Origin: an uncultured delta proteobacterium
GTDB lineage: Bacteria > Desulfobacterota > RBG-13-43-22
NCBI GenBank assembly: GCA_963790475.1
Contig: CAWBOS010000015.1
Coordinates: 256,001 to 320,000, forward strand
Direction: 5' to 3'
DNA: 64,000 nucleotides
In this document: in pieces, positions 29,571 to 42,130 of the stretch
How positions within the stretch are numbered: position 1 is the first letter of the stretch
Layout: every line of letters starts with the position of its first letter
Position numbers and translations under genes: made by a program
Notes under the pieces: generated by a model
What the model was told of the DNA's origin: nothing
Seen by the model: only the letters and a program-made list of their open reading frames with translations
The model's database searches: none

Positions 29571-30035
29571 TTATTTTTCGCTGGCCTCTTCCTTTTTCCC
29601 CTGCCCCGGCATCATGCCTTTCACTTTGTCCAGGGCTTCTCCGGCCCTGCTCTTTTTCTTTTTGGTTTTTTTGGCCTCTGGACGTCCTACCAATTCAATC
29701 ACCGACACCGGAGCGCCGTCTCCTTTTCGATAACGGAGTTTGGTGATCTTGGTATAACCTCCGTTTCGTTCTAAAAAGCGGTCCTTGATTTCGGCAAACA
29801 GTTTATGGACCATCTGCGTGTCCTGTATATATGCCAGGGCCTGCCGGCGGGCATGAAGATCCCCCTTCTTGGCCAGGGTAACCATCCGGTCGGCTTCGAT
29901 CCGGAGCTCTTTGGCCTTGGCCAGAGTGGTTTCAATGCGTTCATGCTCAATAAGGGAAGTGACCATGTTACGCATTAAAGCGTTGCGGTGACTGGCAGTA
30001 CGACTCAATTTTCTTCCAGCGCAATTATGTCTCAT
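29571..30035 (-). CDS. rplQ: 50S ribosomal protein L17
   Basis: MRH..GRKLSRT; follows rpoA. Confidence 0.97.
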   Translation of the reverse strand: MRHNCAGRKLSRTASHRNALMRNMVTSLIEHERIETTLAKAKELRIEADRMVTLAKKGDLHARRQALAYIQDTQMVHKLFAEIKDRFLERNGGYTKITKLRYRKGDGAPVSVIELVGRPEAKKTKKKKSRAGEALDKVKGMMPGQGKKEEASEK

Positions 30036-31044
30036 TATCGTTTTCCTTATTTTCTTCTAACGGGGGAGGAGCATCAAAACCCTCCAGCTTCATCCCCAAA
30101 TGCAACCCCATTTCTTCCAATATGGCTTTGATCTCATTCAGCGATTTTCGACCAAAGTTTTTTGTTTTCAACATTTCCGGTTCTGTTCTCTGGACCAGTT
30201 CCCAAATATGCCGGATATTGGCATTTTTGAGACAATTGGCCGATCGGACGGAAAGCTCAAGTTCCTCTACACTCTTATATAAATTCTGATTAATTTGTTC
30301 TTCCGGATGAATGACCTCCATCCGCTCCGGCTCTTCGACCACCTCTTCAAAATTAATGAATGGGGTTAACTGCTCCTTCAAAATTTTGGCCGCTATGGCT
30401 ATCGAATCTTCCGGAGTAATGCTGCCGTCAGTCCAGATTTCCAAGGTCAGTTTGTCATAATCCGTGATTTGACCGACCCTGGCGGTCCCCACAATGTAGG
30501 TAACCTTTTTTATCGGAGAAAAGGCACTGTCTAAAAAGATCGTCCCTATGGGGACGTTTTCCATTTTATTCCTCTCCGAGGGAACATACCCCTTCCCCAT
30601 TTTAACCATCATTTCCGCTTTTAATCGACCGTCTGCGGAAAGTGTAGCGATAGGAAGATCGGGGTTAAGAATCTCCACCTGGGGGTCACAAATAAGATCC
30701 TTGCCCCGGACCAGCCCTTCCTTAGCGGCATTGAGCTTAATGGTCCGCGGCTCATCCCCATGCATTTTTAAACGAACCGCCTTAAGATTCAAAATGATAT
30801 CGGTGACATCTTCCACCACACCGGGGAGCGTGGAAAATTCATGGAGGGCCCCGTCGAATTTAACGGAGACAATCGCCGCCCCTTGAAGTGAAGAAATAAG
30901 GACCCTTCGCAGGGCATTTCCCAAGGTAATCCCAAAGCCTCGTTCCAAGGGTTCGCAGATGAATTTCCCGTAGAAACGACTGTGGTCTTCCGGATCCACT
31001 TCCAGCCTTTTGGGCTTTATCAGTTCTCGCCAGTTCCGATACAT
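30025..31044 (-). CDS. rpoA: RNA polymerase alpha subunit
   Basis: [19 protein letters not shown]. Confidence 0.98.
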   Translation of the reverse strand: MYRNWRELIKPKRLEVDPEDHSRFYGKFICEPLERGFGITLGNALRRVLISSLQGAAIVSVKFDGALHEFSTLPGVVEDVTDIILNLKAVRLKMHGDEPRTIKLNAAKEGLVRGKDLICDPQVEILNPDLPIATLSADGRLKAEMMVKMGKGYVPSERNKMENVPIGTIFLDSAFSPIKKVTYIVGTARVGQITDYDKLTLEIWTDGSITPEDSIAIAAKILKEQLTPFINFEEVVEEPERMEVIHPEEQINQNLYKSVEELELSVRSANCLKNANIRHIWELVQRTEPEMLKTKNFGRKSLNEIKAILEEMGLHLGMKLEGFDAPPPLEENKENDNET

Positions 31045-31081
31045 AATCTCTCCTTAATCTTTTCCAAAAAGAGGTGTAAAT

Positions 31082-31708
31082 TTACTTGGAATAGAGTTCG
31101 ACAATAAGCTGTTCTTGAATAGGCATGGTTAAATCTTCCCGAACCGGTATAGATTTAATGACTCCTGAACAGTATGTTTTTTCGAGTTCTAACCATTGTG
31201 GAATTCCTCTTCGGGCAACCGCCTCCATGGATTCGATAATTGACGCAATTTTCTGGCTCTTCTCTTTGACGGACACCGTATCCCCCTTTTTTAAAAGGAA
31301 GGAAGGGATATTGACCCGTCGCCCGTTCACCAGAAAATGATTATGTCGAACTAACTGTCGAGCCTGATTTCTGGAATTTGAAAAACCCAACCGATAAACC
31401 ACGTTGTCCAACCTTCTCTCTAAAAGGGTTAAAAGATTGGTTCCGGTAATCCCCTTTAGACGGTCAGCCCGGGCAAAGGTTCCCCGGAATTGAGATTCGA
31501 GCAACCCGTACATCCATTTAACTTTTTGTTTTTCCCGAAGCTGAATTCCGTATTCTGAACGCTTGCCGCGGCCCTGACCATGTTGCCCCGGCGCATAACT
31601 TCGACGTTCGAAGGCACACTTGTCGGAATAACACCGATCCCCTTTAAGAAACATCTTCAAATTTTCCCGCCGGCACAATCGGCAGACCGAATCTCTATAT
31701 CTAGCCAA
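31082..31708 (-). CDS. rpsD: 30S ribosomal protein S4
   Basis: [25 protein letters not shown]. Confidence 0.98.
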   Translation of the reverse strand: MARYRDSVCRLCRRENLKMFLKGDRCYSDKCAFERRSYAPGQHGQGRGKRSEYGIQLREKQKVKWMYGLLESQFRGTFARADRLKGITGTNLLTLLERRLDNVVYRLGFSNSRNQARQLVRHNHFLVNGRRVNIPSFLLKKGDTVSVKEKSQKIASIIESMEAVARRGIPQWLELEKTYCSGVIKSIPVREDLTMPIQEQLIVELYSK

Positions 31709-31740
31709 CCTTTTCCTCCTATGAATGGATGATTAAGGGA

Positions 31741-32136
31741 TTAAACCCGTCGCTTTTTGGGAGGACGACACCCATTATGAGGGATGGGGGTGACATCCCG
31801 GATCAATTTGACCTGAAAACCTGTCGCCTGCAGGGCCCTCAGAGCCGCTTCCCGGCCTGCTCCCGGGCCTTTTATGAAAACGTCCACCGAACGCATCCCG
31901 TTTTCCATGGCCTTTTTGGCAGCCTCTTCAGCGGCCAATTGGGCGGCAAACGGGGTGCTCTTTCGAGACCCCTTAAAACCTTGAGTGCCCGCACTGGCCC
32001 AGGAAACCACGTTCCCAATAGGGTCCGTAATCGTGATGATGGTATTATTGAACGTGGACTGAATATGGGCTATCCCGATGGGGATATTTTTCTTTTCCTT
32101 CTTTTTTTTAACGGTCTTCTTTACCTCTTTGGCCAT
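31741..32136 (-). CDS. rpsK: 30S ribosomal protein S11
   Basis: [20 protein letters not shown]. Confidence 0.98.
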   Translation of the reverse strand: MAKEVKKTVKKKKEKKNIPIGIAHIQSTFNNTIITITDPIGNVVSWASAGTQGFKGSRKSTPFAAQLAAEEAAKKAMENGMRSVDVFIKGPGAGREAALRALQATGFQVKLIRDVTPIPHNGCRPPKKRRV

Positions 32137-32151
32137 GATTCCCCCAGAAAG

Positions 32152-32523
32152 TTATTTTTTCTTTTTGCCGGCCAGCGTTCGACGCGGACCTTTTCGGGTT
32201 CGGGCATTGGTATGGGTACGTTGTCCGCGGGCCGGAAGTGATTTTCGATGTCTAAGCCCCCGGTAAGTCCCCAAATCCATCAGCCGCTTAATATCCATGG
32301 AAATCTCTCGTCTCAGATCCCCTTCCACCCGGCAGGTACCATCAACCACCTTTCGGATTTGGGCGATCTGGATTTCCGTTAACTGATCGGTCTTGAGGTC
32401 CAAAGGAATTTGGGCTTCCTCTAAAATCTTTTTAGAAGTAGCCCGACCGATTCCATAGATATAAGTCAATCCCACTTCAATCCGTTTATTTTTCGGTAAA
32501 TCAATTCCCGCTATTCTGGCCAA
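32152..32523 (-). CDS. rpsM: 30S ribosomal protein S13
   Basis: ARIAGIDLP (TTG start), [14 protein letters not shown]. Confidence 0.97.
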   Translation of the reverse strand: MARIAGIDLPKNKRIEVGLTYIYGIGRATSKKILEEAQIPLDLKTDQLTEIQIAQIRKVVDGTCRVEGDLRREISMDIKRLMDLGTYRGLRHRKSLPARGQRTHTNARTRKGPRRTLAGKKKK

Positions 32524-32539
32524 ACCGGTCCTCCCCTTC

Positions 32540-32653
32540 TTATCCCTGGCGCTGTTTATGTTTGGGGTTTTCGCACAAAACCCGGACAACCCCTTTGCGC
32601 CGAATTATTTTACATTTACTGCAAATTTTTTTTACGGATGCCTTTACTTTCAT
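32540..32653 (-). CDS. rpmJ: 50S ribosomal protein L36
   Basis: Manual translation [37 protein letters not shown]; not in the ORF track. Confidence 0.96.
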   Translation of the reverse strand: MKVKASVKKICSKCKIIRRKGVVRVLCENPKHKQRQG

Positions 32654-32731
32654 AATACCCCACAAGGTCCAAGGATCAAGGTTGAAGTTTCAAGGAAAAC
32701 CGTATACCGTAACCCTTTGACCGTCTTTTAG

Positions 32732-32950
32732 TTATTTCGACCGATAGGTAATCCGACCCCGATTGAAATCATAAGGTGACAGCTCAACTGTTACCCGGTC
32801 TCCTGGCAAAATTTTTATAAAATGCAAGCGCATCTTTCCGGAGATGTGGGCCAGGACCCGGTGTCCATTATCCAGTTTAACCCTGAACATGGCATTCGGC
32901 AAGGTTTCAACAACCGTGCCTTCCACTTCAATTGCGTCTTCTTTGGGCAT
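32732..32950 (-). CDS. infA: Translation initiation factor IF-1
   Basis: [16 protein letters not shown]. Confidence 0.98.
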   Translation of the reverse strand: MPKEDAIEVEGTVVETLPNAMFRVKLDNGHRVLAHISGKMRLHFIKILPGDRVTVELSPYDFNRGRITYRSK

Positions 32951-32955
32951 AATTC

Positions 32956-33724
32956 CTAAAAAAGGTCTGTCCCTTGGCAGGCCTGAGTTAAAATCCGGCA
33001 GCCGTTCTCCGTAATGGCTATCGTATGCTCAAAGTGGGCCGACAAACTTCTATCTTTGGTAACCGCCGTCCAGCCGTCGGCCATTATTTCCACTTCACTG
33101 CCTCCGGCATTGACCATAGGTTCTATAGCTAAAACCATCCCGGGCTTCAAAAGGAGCCCTCGGCCTGATTCTCCAAAATTAGGAACCTGGGGGTCTTCGT
33201 GAAGAGCCTTTCCTATGCCGTGGCCCACAAACTGGCGCACTACCGAAAACCGATGGCTTTCGACATGGTGCTGAACGGCAAAGGAGACATCTCCCAACCG
33301 CCTTCCGGCCCGGACCTGTTCCAAACCTTTGAACAGCGATTCTCGGGTAACCTTAATCAACTGTTCAGCTTGAGGGGATATCCGTCCCACGGCCTGGGTC
33401 AGGGCCGCATCACCATAATAACCTTCTAAGCAAACACCAAAATCCAAGCTGACGATATCGCCGTCCACTAACCTCCGTCCGGAGGGAAAACCATGGACGA
33501 CTTCTTCATTTACAGAAACACACAAACTGAAAGGATAGCCGAGGTATCCTTTGAAAGCCGGGCGGGCCTTTTTTTTTAAAGAAAGACGGTAGGCCAAAAG
33601 ATCCAAGTTCCTGGGTCGTTACCCCCGGTTTGATCCGGCTACGAATTTCAGAAAGAATTTCTGCAACTAATCTCCCCGAAGCGCTCATTTTTTCGATCTC
33701 TTCCGGGGATTTTAACAAGATCAT
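32956..33724 (-). CDS. map: Methionine aminopeptidase; +1 frameshift near 33606
   Basis: [25 protein letters not shown]; N-terminus in the adjacent frame. Confidence 0.92.
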
Positions 33725-33733
33725 CGTTTCCCT

Positions 33734-34375
33734 TTACTTAAGAACCTGGACAATCCTGTCGAATATTTGCTGAATACCGCCCTGCCCGTCAATCGATCGG
33801 ACCAAGTTTTTCTCTTTATAGTACTGGATGAGAGGAAAGGTCTGTGAATCATAAACCTCCAAACGATTCCGGACCGTATCTTCATTGTCATCATCCCGCT
33901 GATAGAGTTCTCCCTGGCATTTATCGCACAGGCCTTTGTTGAGCGGAGGATCAAAAATAGCATGATAGCCCCGGCCGCACTGACGACACGTCCGTCGCCC
34001 GGTCAGGCGTTTGATTAATTCTCCCTTATCCACATCAATGGAAATAACATGATCGATCCCCGAATTCATGGCCGACAGGACCTTGTCCAAAGCCTGGGCC
34101 TGGGCCACGGTCCGTGGAAAGCCGTCCAGGATATATCCATCCCGGCAATCGGCTTCTTTAAGCCGGGCCTGAATAATATCGATTACCACTTCATCCGGAA
34201 CCAAAAGCCCCTTATCCATATATTCCTTGGCCTTCAAACCCAACGGAGTTCGCTCCTTTAAGGCCGCTCTTAAAATATCACCGGTTGAAATTTGAGGGAT
34301 CCGATAACGGTCAATCATCATTTTGGCCTGGGTCCCTTTTCCGGCCCCCGGCGGGCCCAATAGAATTAAATTCAT
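33734..34375 (-). CDS. adk: Adenylate kinase
   Basis: GPPGAGKGTQ, ILDGFPRT, Zn-type lid. Confidence 0.98.
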   Translation of the reverse strand: MNLILLGPPGAGKGTQAKMMIDRYRIPQISTGDILRAALKERTPLGLKAKEYMDKGLLVPDEVVIDIIQARLKEADCRDGYILDGFPRTVAQAQALDKVLSAMNSGIDHVISIDVDKGELIKRLTGRRTCRQCGRGYHAIFDPPLNKGLCDKCQGELYQRDDDNEDTVRNRLEVYDSQTFPLIQYYKEKNLVRSIDGQGGIQQIFDRIVQVLK

Positions 34376-34400
34376 TGATTCCCTCCTTGATCCTTAAAGA

Positions 34401-35713
34401 CTATCTTCTGACTCGACCTAACCCTTTTTTCATAAAACCTTCATAATGGCGGGTCAACATGTGCGATTCAATTTGGGCCATGGTGTCAATAGCCACCCCG
34501 ACCACAATCAACAAGGCCGTTCCCCCGAAATAAAAAGGGACCTTGAAACGAGTAGATCAGTATGGTGGGCAGGACACAAACGGCCGATACATATAAGGCC
34601 CCGCCGAAAGTGATGCGGGTCAATATCCGGTCGATATAATCCGCGGTTCGCTTTCCAGGACGGATCCCCGGAATATACCCTCCGTACTTCTTCATATTAT
34701 CAGCCACATCGACCGGATTGAAGGTCACCGCGGTGTAAAAATAACAAAAGAAAAAAACTAAATCCCACATAAATCAGATAATAGAGCAGGCTGCCCGCGT
34801 TCATATAATTCTTGAAAAAAGCACTCAGCCACTGGATCTGGACGAACTGGGTGATCGTCGCCGGAAACATAAGAATGGAAGAGGCAAAAATGGGCGGTAT
34901 GACCCCCGAGGTATTGATCTTCAACGGTAAATGGGTGCTTTGCCCCCCATAAATCTTCCGCCCCACCACGCGTTTGGCATATTGAACCGGAATCCGGCGT
35001 TGACCCCGCTCCACAAAAACGATAAATCCGACCACACCGACCATCAAAACGATTAACAACAAACTAAAGACAAAATTCATCTCACCGGTCCGCACTAATT
35101 GAAAGACGCTGGACACGGCGCTCGGCATACGGGCCACGATCCCGGCAAAGATGATCAGAGAAATGCCGTTTCCGATACCCCGTTCGGTGATCTGTTCCCC
35201 CAGCCACATGATAAAGGCCGTACCGGAAGTCAGGGTGATCATGGTCATCAATCGGAAAGCCCAGCCGGCATGAATGACCACGGAGGCCCCGCCCGGACCG
35301 GCCATATTTTCCATCCCCACGGCAATCCCAAACCCCTGAAACAGGGAAAGGACCACGGTTCCATATCGGGCATATTGGGTAATCTTTTTCCGCCCGGCCT
35401 CCCCTTCTTTTTTTAATTTATCCAGGTAAGGGATGACCACGGTTAAGAGATCCAGGATAATCGAAGAACTGATATAGGGCATGATCCCCAGGGCAAAGAC
35501 GGACATATGCTCAAAGGCACCACCGGAGAACATGTCAAAAAGGCCGAACAAGGTACCCTGAGCCCTTTTGAAAAAGGCCGCCATGGCTATGGTATCAATA
35601 CCCGGAGAGGGGATATGCACCCCCACCCGATATACCGCCAGCATGGCCAGGGTAAACCAGATCTTCTTTTTCAGCTCGGGAATCTTGGTGATATTTTGGA
35701 TGCCGCCGATCAT
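34401..35713 (-). CDS. secY: Preprotein translocase SecY; two +1 frameshifts (~34760, ~34552)
   Basis: [31 protein letters not shown] and [11 protein letters not shown] across three frames. Confidence 0.93.
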
Positions 35714-35802
35714 TGTTTCTTCTTCTGTTCTTAATTATAAAATTTAGGGAGCTTTATTTCCGCCTTTTGGATTAAGGAATTCCGCATTCCGAAATCCACA
35801 AT

Positions 35803-36270
35803 CTAAATAACTTCCACCGTCCCTCCGGCGGCTTCAATTTTTTGCTTCGCCCCTTGGCTGCATTTGTTCACCTTAACAAACAAAGGGAATTGAATCTCTC
35901 CGTGTCCTAAAAGTTTGACGGCGTCCTTCAAATGCCGAATGACCCCCATCTGGATCAGGGCCGGCACATCTACGGTGGACCCGCCTGAAAACGGTTTGAG
36001 ATCCCGGATATTAATCAGCGTATAACGGACTCTGCTGATGGGAGTAAAACCTCTCTTGGGCAGCCTTCTTTGGATGGGCATCTGGCCCCCCTCAAACCCT
36101 GGCCGAACCCCTCCTCCGGACCTCGAATTCTGCCCCTTCATGCCCCGGGTGGCGGTTTTCCCATGCCCGGAGCCTATTCCTCGCCCTACCCGTTTAGGCT
36201 TTGTTCTGGAACCGGGGGCCGGCGACAAATTTCCCAAATGATATTTCGTGCCTTTTGGCTTTGAATCCAT
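35803..36270 (-). CDS. rplO: 50S ribosomal protein L15
   Basis: RVGRGIGSG, GFEGGQMP. Confidence 0.97.
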   Translation of the reverse strand: MDSKPKGTKYHLGNLSPAPGSRTKPKRVGRGIGSGHGKTATRGMKGQNSRSGGGVRPGFEGGQMPIQRRLPKRGFTPISRVRYTLINIRDLKPFSGGSTVDVPALIQMGVIRHLKDAVKLLGHGEIQFPLFVKVNKCSQGAKQKIEAAGGTVEVI

Positions 36271-36286
36271 CCCTACAACTCCATTC

Positions 36287-36469
36287 TCATTCTTTTACTT
36301 CCACCAGATGGGATATTTGTCGAATCATCCCTCTTAGTTCCGGTGTATCTTTTCGGATTATCGTCTTATTCATTTTGGTCAACCTCATACTATCGAGGGT
36401 TCGACGATGCTTGGGAGGTCGGCCTATTCCACTTCTTCGTAAGGTAATTTGGATCATCTTCTCATTCAT
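36287..36469 (-). CDS. rpmD: 50S ribosomal protein L30
   Basis: Size, spc operon position, RSGIGR. Confidence 0.94.
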   Translation of the reverse strand: MNEKMIQITLRRSGIGRPPKHRRTLDSMRLTKMNKTIIRKDTPELRGMIRQISHLVEVKE

Positions 36470-36475
36470 AGGAGC

Positions 36476-36973
36476 TCACCTGATTTCTGCAACGGTTTTG
36501 CCTCTTTTTTGGGCGATCATTTCCGGGCTGTGTAGATTTCGTAATCCCTGAATCGTTGCCCGGATCACATTGTGGGGATTATTAGAGCCCAAACATTTGG
36601 TCAAAATGTTCTGCACCCCCACGGCCTCCATAACCGCCCGAACGGCCCCGCCGGCGATAATGCCTGTCCCTTTGGAAGCCGGTTTAAGCAAAACCCGCCC
36701 GGCGCCGAAACAGCCGATGACTTCATGGGGAATGGATTGCTCCATCAGGGGAAATTCCTTCATCTCTCTTTTGGCCTTTTCCATGGCCTTGCGGATGGCT
36801 TCGGGGACTTCATTGGCCTTGCCAAGGCCGGCCCCCACTTTTCCGTTTCCATCTCCGACTACGGCCAGGGCACTGAAACTGAAACGCCGCCCCCCCTTAA
36901 CCACTTTGGCCACCCGGCTGATATGAACCACCTTATTGATTAATTGCTTATCCGTTGAGTTGTAGTCTATCAA
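36476..36973 (-). CDS. rpsE: 30S ribosomal protein S5
   Basis: [14 protein letters not shown]. Confidence 0.98.
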   Translation of the reverse strand: MIDYNSTDKQLINKVVHISRVAKVVKGGRRFSFSALAVVGDGNGKVGAGLGKANEVPEAIRKAMEKAKREMKEFPLMEQSIPHEVIGCFGAGRVLLKPASKGTGIIAGGAVRAVMEAVGVQNILTKCLGSNNPHNVIRATIQGLRNLHSPEMIAQKRGKTVAEIR

Positions 36974-36986
36974 TATCGCCCCCCTC

Positions 36987-37352
36987 TTAGAATTCCAACC
37001 CGGCTTCCCGGGCGGCTATCGACACGGCTTTTACCCGGCCGTGATACAAAAAACCGTTTCGATCAAAAACCACCTTTTTAATCCCTTTTTCCAAGGCCTT
37101 CCGCGCTAGTAAGGCCCCGACCTTCTGGGCCACCGCCACCTTCCCGGGAACCTTGACCTCCCTGATTTCCGGACTCAAACTGGATACCTGGACCAGAGTT
37201 TGTCCGGTCGTATCGACAATAATCTGGGCATAGATATTTCGGGCACTGCGGAAAACAGAAAGCCGGGGTCTTGTTTCATCGCTCCAGATTTTTTTCCTAA
37301 CCCGTCTTTTTCTTTTCAGATGGGCCATTTTTTTCTTCTTTAAGGATTCCAT
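36987..37352 (-). CDS. rplR: 50S ribosomal protein L18
   Basis: [22 protein letters not shown]. Confidence 0.97.
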   Translation of the reverse strand: MESLKKKKMAHLKRKRRVRKKIWSDETRPRLSVFRSARNIYAQIIVDTTGQTLVQVSSLSPEIREVKVPGKVAVAQKVGALLARKALEKGIKKVVFDRNGFLYHGRVKAVSIAAREAGLEF

Positions 37353-37366
37353 AATTTCCTCTTTTA

Positions 37367-37906
37367 TTATTTTGAACCTGTTTTCCCGACCTTCCTGCGG
37401 ATCTTTTCTTCCTGATATTTTATTCCCTTGCCCTTATAGGGTTCCGGGGGTCTGAATTTTCGAATCCGAGCCGCTGTCAGTCCCAGAAGATCGCGGTCGA
37501 TGCCCTTGAGGACCACACGGGTTTGTCTTTCCACCTGGGCAGAAATCCCTTCGGGCAGTTGAAAGGGAACGGGATGAGAATACCCGAGATTCAATACCAA
37601 TTGACTGCCCTGGATTTCCGCCCGATAACCCACGCCTTGAATCTCTAAAACCCGTTCGAACCCTTCGGCCACTCCTTTGACCATATTGGCCACCAGGGTC
37701 CGAAATAATCCGAACAAGGCCCTGACCTTTTGGCTGTCATCCTGAGGGCGAATGAGGACCTGGTTTCCTTCAAGCTGTAAGGATAATTGGGGAGGCATAT
37801 TTCGGCTTAACTCCCCTTTAGGGCCTTTAACCGTCAACCCTCCTTCGGTCAGCACAACCTTCACTTCTTTAGGTATCGGAATGGGTTTTTTTCCAACCCG
37901 TGACAT
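37367..37906 (-). CDS. rplF: 50S ribosomal protein L6
   Basis: [14 protein letters not shown]. Confidence 0.98.
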   Translation of the reverse strand: MSRVGKKPIPIPKEVKVVLTEGGLTVKGPKGELSRNMPPQLSLQLEGNQVLIRPQDDSQKVRALFGLFRTLVANMVKGVAEGFERVLEIQGVGYRAEIQGSQLVLNLGYSHPVPFQLPEGISAQVERQTRVVLKGIDRDLLGLTAARIRKFRPPEPYKGKGIKYQEEKIRRKVGKTGSK

Positions 37907-37935
37907 AACTTCCTCCTTAATAGCCTCTTATCAGT

Positions 37936-38334
37936 TTACCAGACCGTACAGATAATCTCGCCGCCCACCCCGTGTTTTCGCGCTTCCCGCTCGGTCATTA
38001 CTCCTTTGGAAGTAGATAAGATGGATAAACCCATCCCATTCAAAACCTTAGGGATATTATCTTTCTTGGCATAAGAACGTCTGCTGGGGCGGCTGACCCT
38101 GCGGATATTGGAAAGGACTTGCTGGTTTTTTTCATCATACTTCAGATAAAGGCGAAGCAACCCTTGGCGATTGTCCTTAATGACCTTAAAATTTTTAATA
38201 TATCCCTCATCTTTCAATATCCGGGCTATATGAATCTTAATCTTGGAAGAAGGGATATCCACCTTGCTGAATTTGGCTGAACTGCCGTTTCTAATCTGGG
38301 TCAGCATATCGGCGATGGGATCGGTCATGCCCAT
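37936..38334 (-). CDS. rpsH: 30S ribosomal protein S8
   Basis: [13 protein letters not shown]. Confidence 0.98.
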   Translation of the reverse strand: MGMTDPIADMLTQIRNGSSAKFSKVDIPSSKIKIHIARILKDEGYIKNFKVIKDNRQGLLRLYLKYDEKNQQVLSNIRRVSRPSRRSYAKKDNIPKVLNGMGLSILSTSKGVMTEREARKHGVGGEIICTVW

Positions 38335-38377
38335 AAATATTAACTCCTTTTTCGATTCCTTTAAAAATGTTTTGCCA

Positions 38378-38563
38378 CTACCAACTGGATTTAACTACAC
38401 CGGGGATATCCCCTTTGAGGGCCATCAGCCGGAAACAGATGCGACATAACCCGAATTTCCGTATATACCCTCGTGGTCGCCCGCATAGGGGACATCGGTT
38501 ATAGGACCTGACCTTGAATTTGGGTGTCCGGCCGGCCTTAATCCTTAAAGACGTTTTTGCCAA
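38378..38563 (-). CDS. rpsZ: 30S ribosomal protein S14, type Z
   Basis: 61 aa, CPLC...CRIC zinc motif. Confidence 0.95.
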   Translation of the reverse strand: MAKTSLRIKAGRTPKFKVRSYNRCPLCGRPRGYIRKFGLCRICFRLMALKGDIPGVVKSSW

Positions 38564-38761
38564 TGTGTCTTCTCCTTCTTTTTCCCGGTTTGATTCTTAA
38601 TAGACCTTGACTCTTCGATGATTTTATCAACTCCGGCTAATAGGTTCGAGTTCGGTGTTCGGAGTTTAAACTCCGAACTAATGACTCGGAACTAATAAAG
38701 TTCCAGTGATATTTGAATTCTTCATAAGTGCCTTTCTTTAATAAAAGCACTTGGTTTCATT

Positions 38762-39301
38762 CTAATTGCGAAAAGGCATTCCCAATAATTTCAACAAGAG
38801 CCGGCCTTCCTCATCGGTTCCAGAGCTGGTTACGATAGTAATATTCATACCTTTGATCTTATCTATCTTGTCGTAATTGATCTCCGGAAAAATAATGTGT
38901 TCCCGAATTCCCAAGGTATAATTGCCGCGGCCGTCAAATGATTTCGGGGAAACACCCCGAAAATCACGGACCCGAGGCAAAGCGACGTGAATCAATTTAT
39001 CCAGAAAATCAAACATCCGGTCTCGGCGTAAAGTCACCATGCAGCCGATAGGCATATTTTCCCGCAATTTAAAAGACGCAATGGACTTTTTAGCCCGGGT
39101 AATCACCGGTTTTTGCCCGGCGATCAGGGCCAATTCTTCCACCGCATTATCCAGGATCTTGATATTTTGAATGGCCTCTCCCAGACCCATATTGAGTACT
39201 ACACTTTGCAGCCGGGGGACCTCCATGATATTCCGATAATTAAACTCCTGAGTCAACTGGGGTCTAATCTCGTTTTCATAAAGCGTTTTTAATCTGGACA
39301 T
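38762..39301 (-). CDS. rplE: 50S ribosomal protein L5
   Basis: Start at MSRLK; [16 protein letters not shown]. Confidence 0.97.
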   Translation of the reverse strand: MSRLKTLYENEIRPQLTQEFNYRNIMEVPRLQSVVLNMGLGEAIQNIKILDNAVEELALIAGQKPVITRAKKSIASFKLRENMPIGCMVTLRRDRMFDFLDKLIHVALPRVRDFRGVSPKSFDGRGNYTLGIREHIIFPEINYDKIDKIKGMNITIVTSSGTDEEGRLLLKLLGMPFRN

Positions 39302-39323
39302 GCCTTGTTTCATCCTTTCCCGG

Positions 39324-39641
39324 CTATTTATTCTCCAGAATCTCCCCGCATTTTTTACAAATGCGGACCGTTTTCCCATCCGGCTGCTTCTGAGAACCAA
39401 CCCGAACCGGGTCAGTGCATTTTCCACAGATGAGCATCACATTGGAGACATGAAGAGAGGCTTCCTTTTCAATGATGCCCCCTTTGCTGACCTTTCCTCC
39501 GGGACGCGTATGCCGCTTGATGTAATTCACTTTCTCGACGATCACCCGGTTTTTTTCGGAATAAATTTTAAGTATTTTACCGGTCTTGCCTTTTTCTTTC
39601 CCCGAAATAACCATGACCTTGTCGTTTTTTTTCAGTCTCAT
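39324..39641 (-). CDS. rplX: 50S ribosomal protein L24
   Basis: KOW motif, LHVSNV. Confidence 0.97.
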   Translation of the reverse strand: MRLKKNDKVMVISGKEKGKTGKILKIYSEKNRVIVEKVNYIKRHTRPGGKVSKGGIIEKEASLHVSNVMLICGKCTDPVRVGSQKQPDGKTVRICKKCGEILENK

Positions 39642-39692
39642 TTTTTTGCCCTATCTTGAATAAATCCTATTTTCTTGCTTCACTCATCGTTA

Positions 39693-39832
39693 ACAAGTTG
39701 ATCAAAAATGCCCAGATGCAAGGCGCCCGAAATTCCTCGGCATGAAGGCGTACTTGATGTACGTCGTAATGACGAGGGATAAGGGAAATCCCGCTATCAG
39801 CGGGATCAGGTGGGCGTTTTTCATCAACTTGT
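39693..39832. mobile_element. MITE-like element between rplN and rplX
   Basis: TIR ACAAGTTGATCAAAAATGCCCA / TGGGCGTTTTTCATCAACTTGT. Confidence 0.7.
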
Positions 39833-40200
39833 CAAAGCACTTCTGGCGCCAGTGATATAATTTTCATGAAATTCTTGGCCCTGAGTTCCCGGGCCACCGG
39901 GCCGAAAATTCGAGTCCCGACCGGCTCCCGCTGTTGATTGATCAAAACCGCCGAATTATCATCAAATTTAATATAAGAACCGTCAGGGCGGGAGATCTCT
40001 TTTTTGGTCCGAACCACCACCGCCTTCATCACATCCCCTTTTTTGACTTTGGCATTAGGAATAGCCTCTTTAACGGATACCACGATTATATCCCCGATCC
40101 GGGCATACCGGCGGCGAGTTCCACCCAGAACCCGGATACAAAATAATTTCTTGGCTCCGGAATTATCGGCCACATCTAATTTAGTTTGTGTCTGTATCAT
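39832..40200 (-). CDS. rplN: 50S ribosomal protein L14
   Basis: [19 protein letters not shown]. Confidence 0.98.
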   Translation of the reverse strand: MIQTQTKLDVADNSGAKKLFCIRVLGGTRRRYARIGDIIVVSVKEAIPNAKVKKGDVMKAVVVRTKKEISRPDGSYIKFDDNSAVLINQQREPVGTRIFGPVARELRAKNFMKIISLAPEVL

Positions 40201-40218
40201 CAGGGATCACCTTACCTT

Positions 40219-40476
40219 CTACTCCATTTTCTCTAAAACTTTGCTGACCTTAAATCGCTTCTGCTTGCTCAGAGGACGCGTTTCCGTCAGTAAGACCCGA
40301 TCCCCGATTCGGCATTCATTTCTTTCATCGTGGGCCATAAATTTGGCCTTCCGGCGAATGTATTTCTGGTAAACGGGATGTTTCACCAATCGTTCAACCG
40401 AGACCACCACGGATTTTTCCATCTTATTGCTGACCACCGTTCCGGTTAAGGTCTTTTGACTGCCCCTCTTTTCCAT
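40219..40476 (-). CDS. rpsQ: 30S ribosomal protein S17
   Basis: [17 protein letters not shown]. Confidence 0.97.
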   Translation of the reverse strand: MEKRGSQKTLTGTVVSNKMEKSVVVSVERLVKHPVYQKYIRRKAKFMAHDERNECRIGDRVLLTETRPLSKQKRFKVSKVLEKME

Positions 40477-40502
40477 ATCTTAAACCCCTTTGGTTTTCTT
40501 GA

Positions 40503-40694
40503 TTAAGCGGCCATCTTGGCACGAATAACGGTCTTGATCCGGGCCAGATCCTTTTTGGTCATCGGAATACGCATGGTATTTTCCAGCAGCCCTGTGGCAT
40601 GTTGAAATCTTAGATTAAACAGGGTCTCCTGTATCTCTTTTTCCTTGGACCGTAACTCCTCGATGGTCAAATCTTTTAATTCGCTGGCTTTCAC
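40503..40694 (-). CDS. rpmC: 50S ribosomal protein L29
   Basis: LFNLRFQ, ARIKT. Confidence 0.96.
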   Translation of the reverse strand: MKASELKDLTIEELRSKEKEIQETLFNLRFQHATGLLENTMRIPMTKKDLARIKTVIRAKMAA

Positions 40695-41104
40695 AACAGG
40701 CTCCTAAGCACAATTTTGGTCTTGATGGGAAGTTTATGGGCGGCCAAACGCAAGGCTTCATCGGCCACTTCCTTGGAAACGCCTTCCATCTCATAAATAA
40801 TTCGTCCCGGGTGAATTACTGCCACCCAGGCCTCAGGTGCCCCTTTTCCCTTTCCCATCCGGGTTTCAGCCGGCTTCTTGGTAATCGGTTTATCGGGGAA
40901 TATGCGTATCCAGATCTTCCCGCCCCGTTTTATGGACCGGGTCATGGCAATACGGGCCGCCTCGATCTGTTGAGCGGTTAATCGGCCGCATTCCAGGGCC
41001 TGAAGACCGAAGTCACCGAACTCCAGTTCCGACCCGCGAAAAGCGGCTCCCCGCATCCGGCCTTTTTGCTGTTTACGATATTTAACTTTCTTTGGACTGA
41101 GCAT
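40691..41104 (-). CDS. rplP: 50S ribosomal protein L16
   Basis: ETRMGKGKG. Confidence 0.98.
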   Translation of the reverse strand: MLSPKKVKYRKQQKGRMRGAAFRGSELEFGDFGLQALECGRLTAQQIEAARIAMTRSIKRGGKIWIRIFPDKPITKKPAETRMGKGKGAPEAWVAVIHPGRIIYEMEGVSKEVADEALRLAAHKLPIKTKIVLRSLL

Positions 41105-41122
41105 GACAAAAATCCCTCTACC

Positions 41123-41770
41123 TTAAGAAACCGGTATTTCCTTTTCCGCTAATTTTTCCCCTTTAAAGATAAGGACCTTGATCCCGATGAGCCCGTAAGT
41201 CGTCGCCGCTTCGGCGAATCCGTAATCGATAATGGCCCGCAGAGTATGAAGAGGCACCCGGCCTTCCCGATACCATTCGGTCCGGGCCATTTCCGCCCCG
41301 CCCAAACGCCCGGCACAGGCGATCTTGATCCCTCCGGCCCCGAATTTTCTGGCTGCGCTGACCGCTTTTTTCATAGCCCTCCGGAAGGCCACCCGGCGCT
41401 CTAATTGCGAGGCCACATTTTCAGCCACCAACTGGGCTTCCACTTCCGGTTTTCGAACTTCCTGGATATCCAAAATGACTTCCCGCTTAATCTGTTTTTC
41501 CAGGTCCTTTTTCAGACTTTCAATCTGGGCCCCTTTTTTACCGATGACAATCCCGGGCCTGGCGGTATAAATGATAATCTTGGCTTTATTGGCTGCCCTT
41601 TCAATTTCAATCCGGGCAATACCGGCATCAAACAATCTTTTTTTAAGAAAATCGCGGATCTTTTTGTCTTCCTGAATAAGTTGCGCGAAATCCTTGCCCG
41701 CAAACCACCGCGAATTCCAATCCTTGTTGACTACCAGTCGGAATCCTTTTGGATGTGTCTTCTGTCCCAA
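41123..41770 (-). CDS. rpsC: 30S ribosomal protein S3
   Basis: [17 protein letters not shown]. Confidence 0.98.
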   Translation of the reverse strand: MGQKTHPKGFRLVVNKDWNSRWFAGKDFAQLIQEDKKIRDFLKKRLFDAGIARIEIERAANKAKIIIYTARPGIVIGKKGAQIESLKKDLEKQIKREVILDIQEVRKPEVEAQLVAENVASQLERRVAFRRAMKKAVSAARKFGAGGIKIACAGRLGGAEMARTEWYREGRVPLHTLRAIIDYGFAEAATTYGLIGIKVLIFKGEKLAEKEIPVS

Positions 41771-41786
41771 ACCGATCTCCTTTTCT

Positions 41787-42116
41787 TTAAGCTTCTTCTA
41801 AAAACACTGTGATATGACTGGTCCTTTTTAATATGGGATAGGCCCGGCCCATAGCTCGGGGCATAAAACGCTTTAAGGTAGGGCCGCCATCGATCAACAC
41901 GGTCTTGACCACCAGGGTGTCGATATCCACCTTATTCTGTTCGGCATTGGCAACCGCTGAATGCAGAACCTTCTGAAGTATTCGGGCCCCCTTCCTCGGC
42001 ATGAACTGCAGAATGGAAATGGCGTCCTCCACTTTTCTCCCTTTGATGGCCGGTATGATCACCTGGACTTTTCGGGGCGCTATCCGGATATATTTGGCCT
42101 GGGCTTTTGTTTCCAT
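41787..42116 (-). CDS. rplV: 50S ribosomal protein L22
   Basis: PRAMGRA, KRTSHIT. Confidence 0.97.
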   Translation of the reverse strand: METKAQAKYIRIAPRKVQVIIPAIKGRKVEDAISILQFMPRKGARILQKVLHSAVANAEQNKVDIDTLVVKTVLIDGGPTLKRFMPRAMGRAYPILKRTSHITVFLEEA

Positions 42117-42130
42117 AAATTTACCCTTTC

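Noticed and set aside
32956-35713. secY and map as pseudogenes or programmed frameshifts
   Set aside because: Essential genes, uniform +1 pattern across the window, no shared slippery motif.
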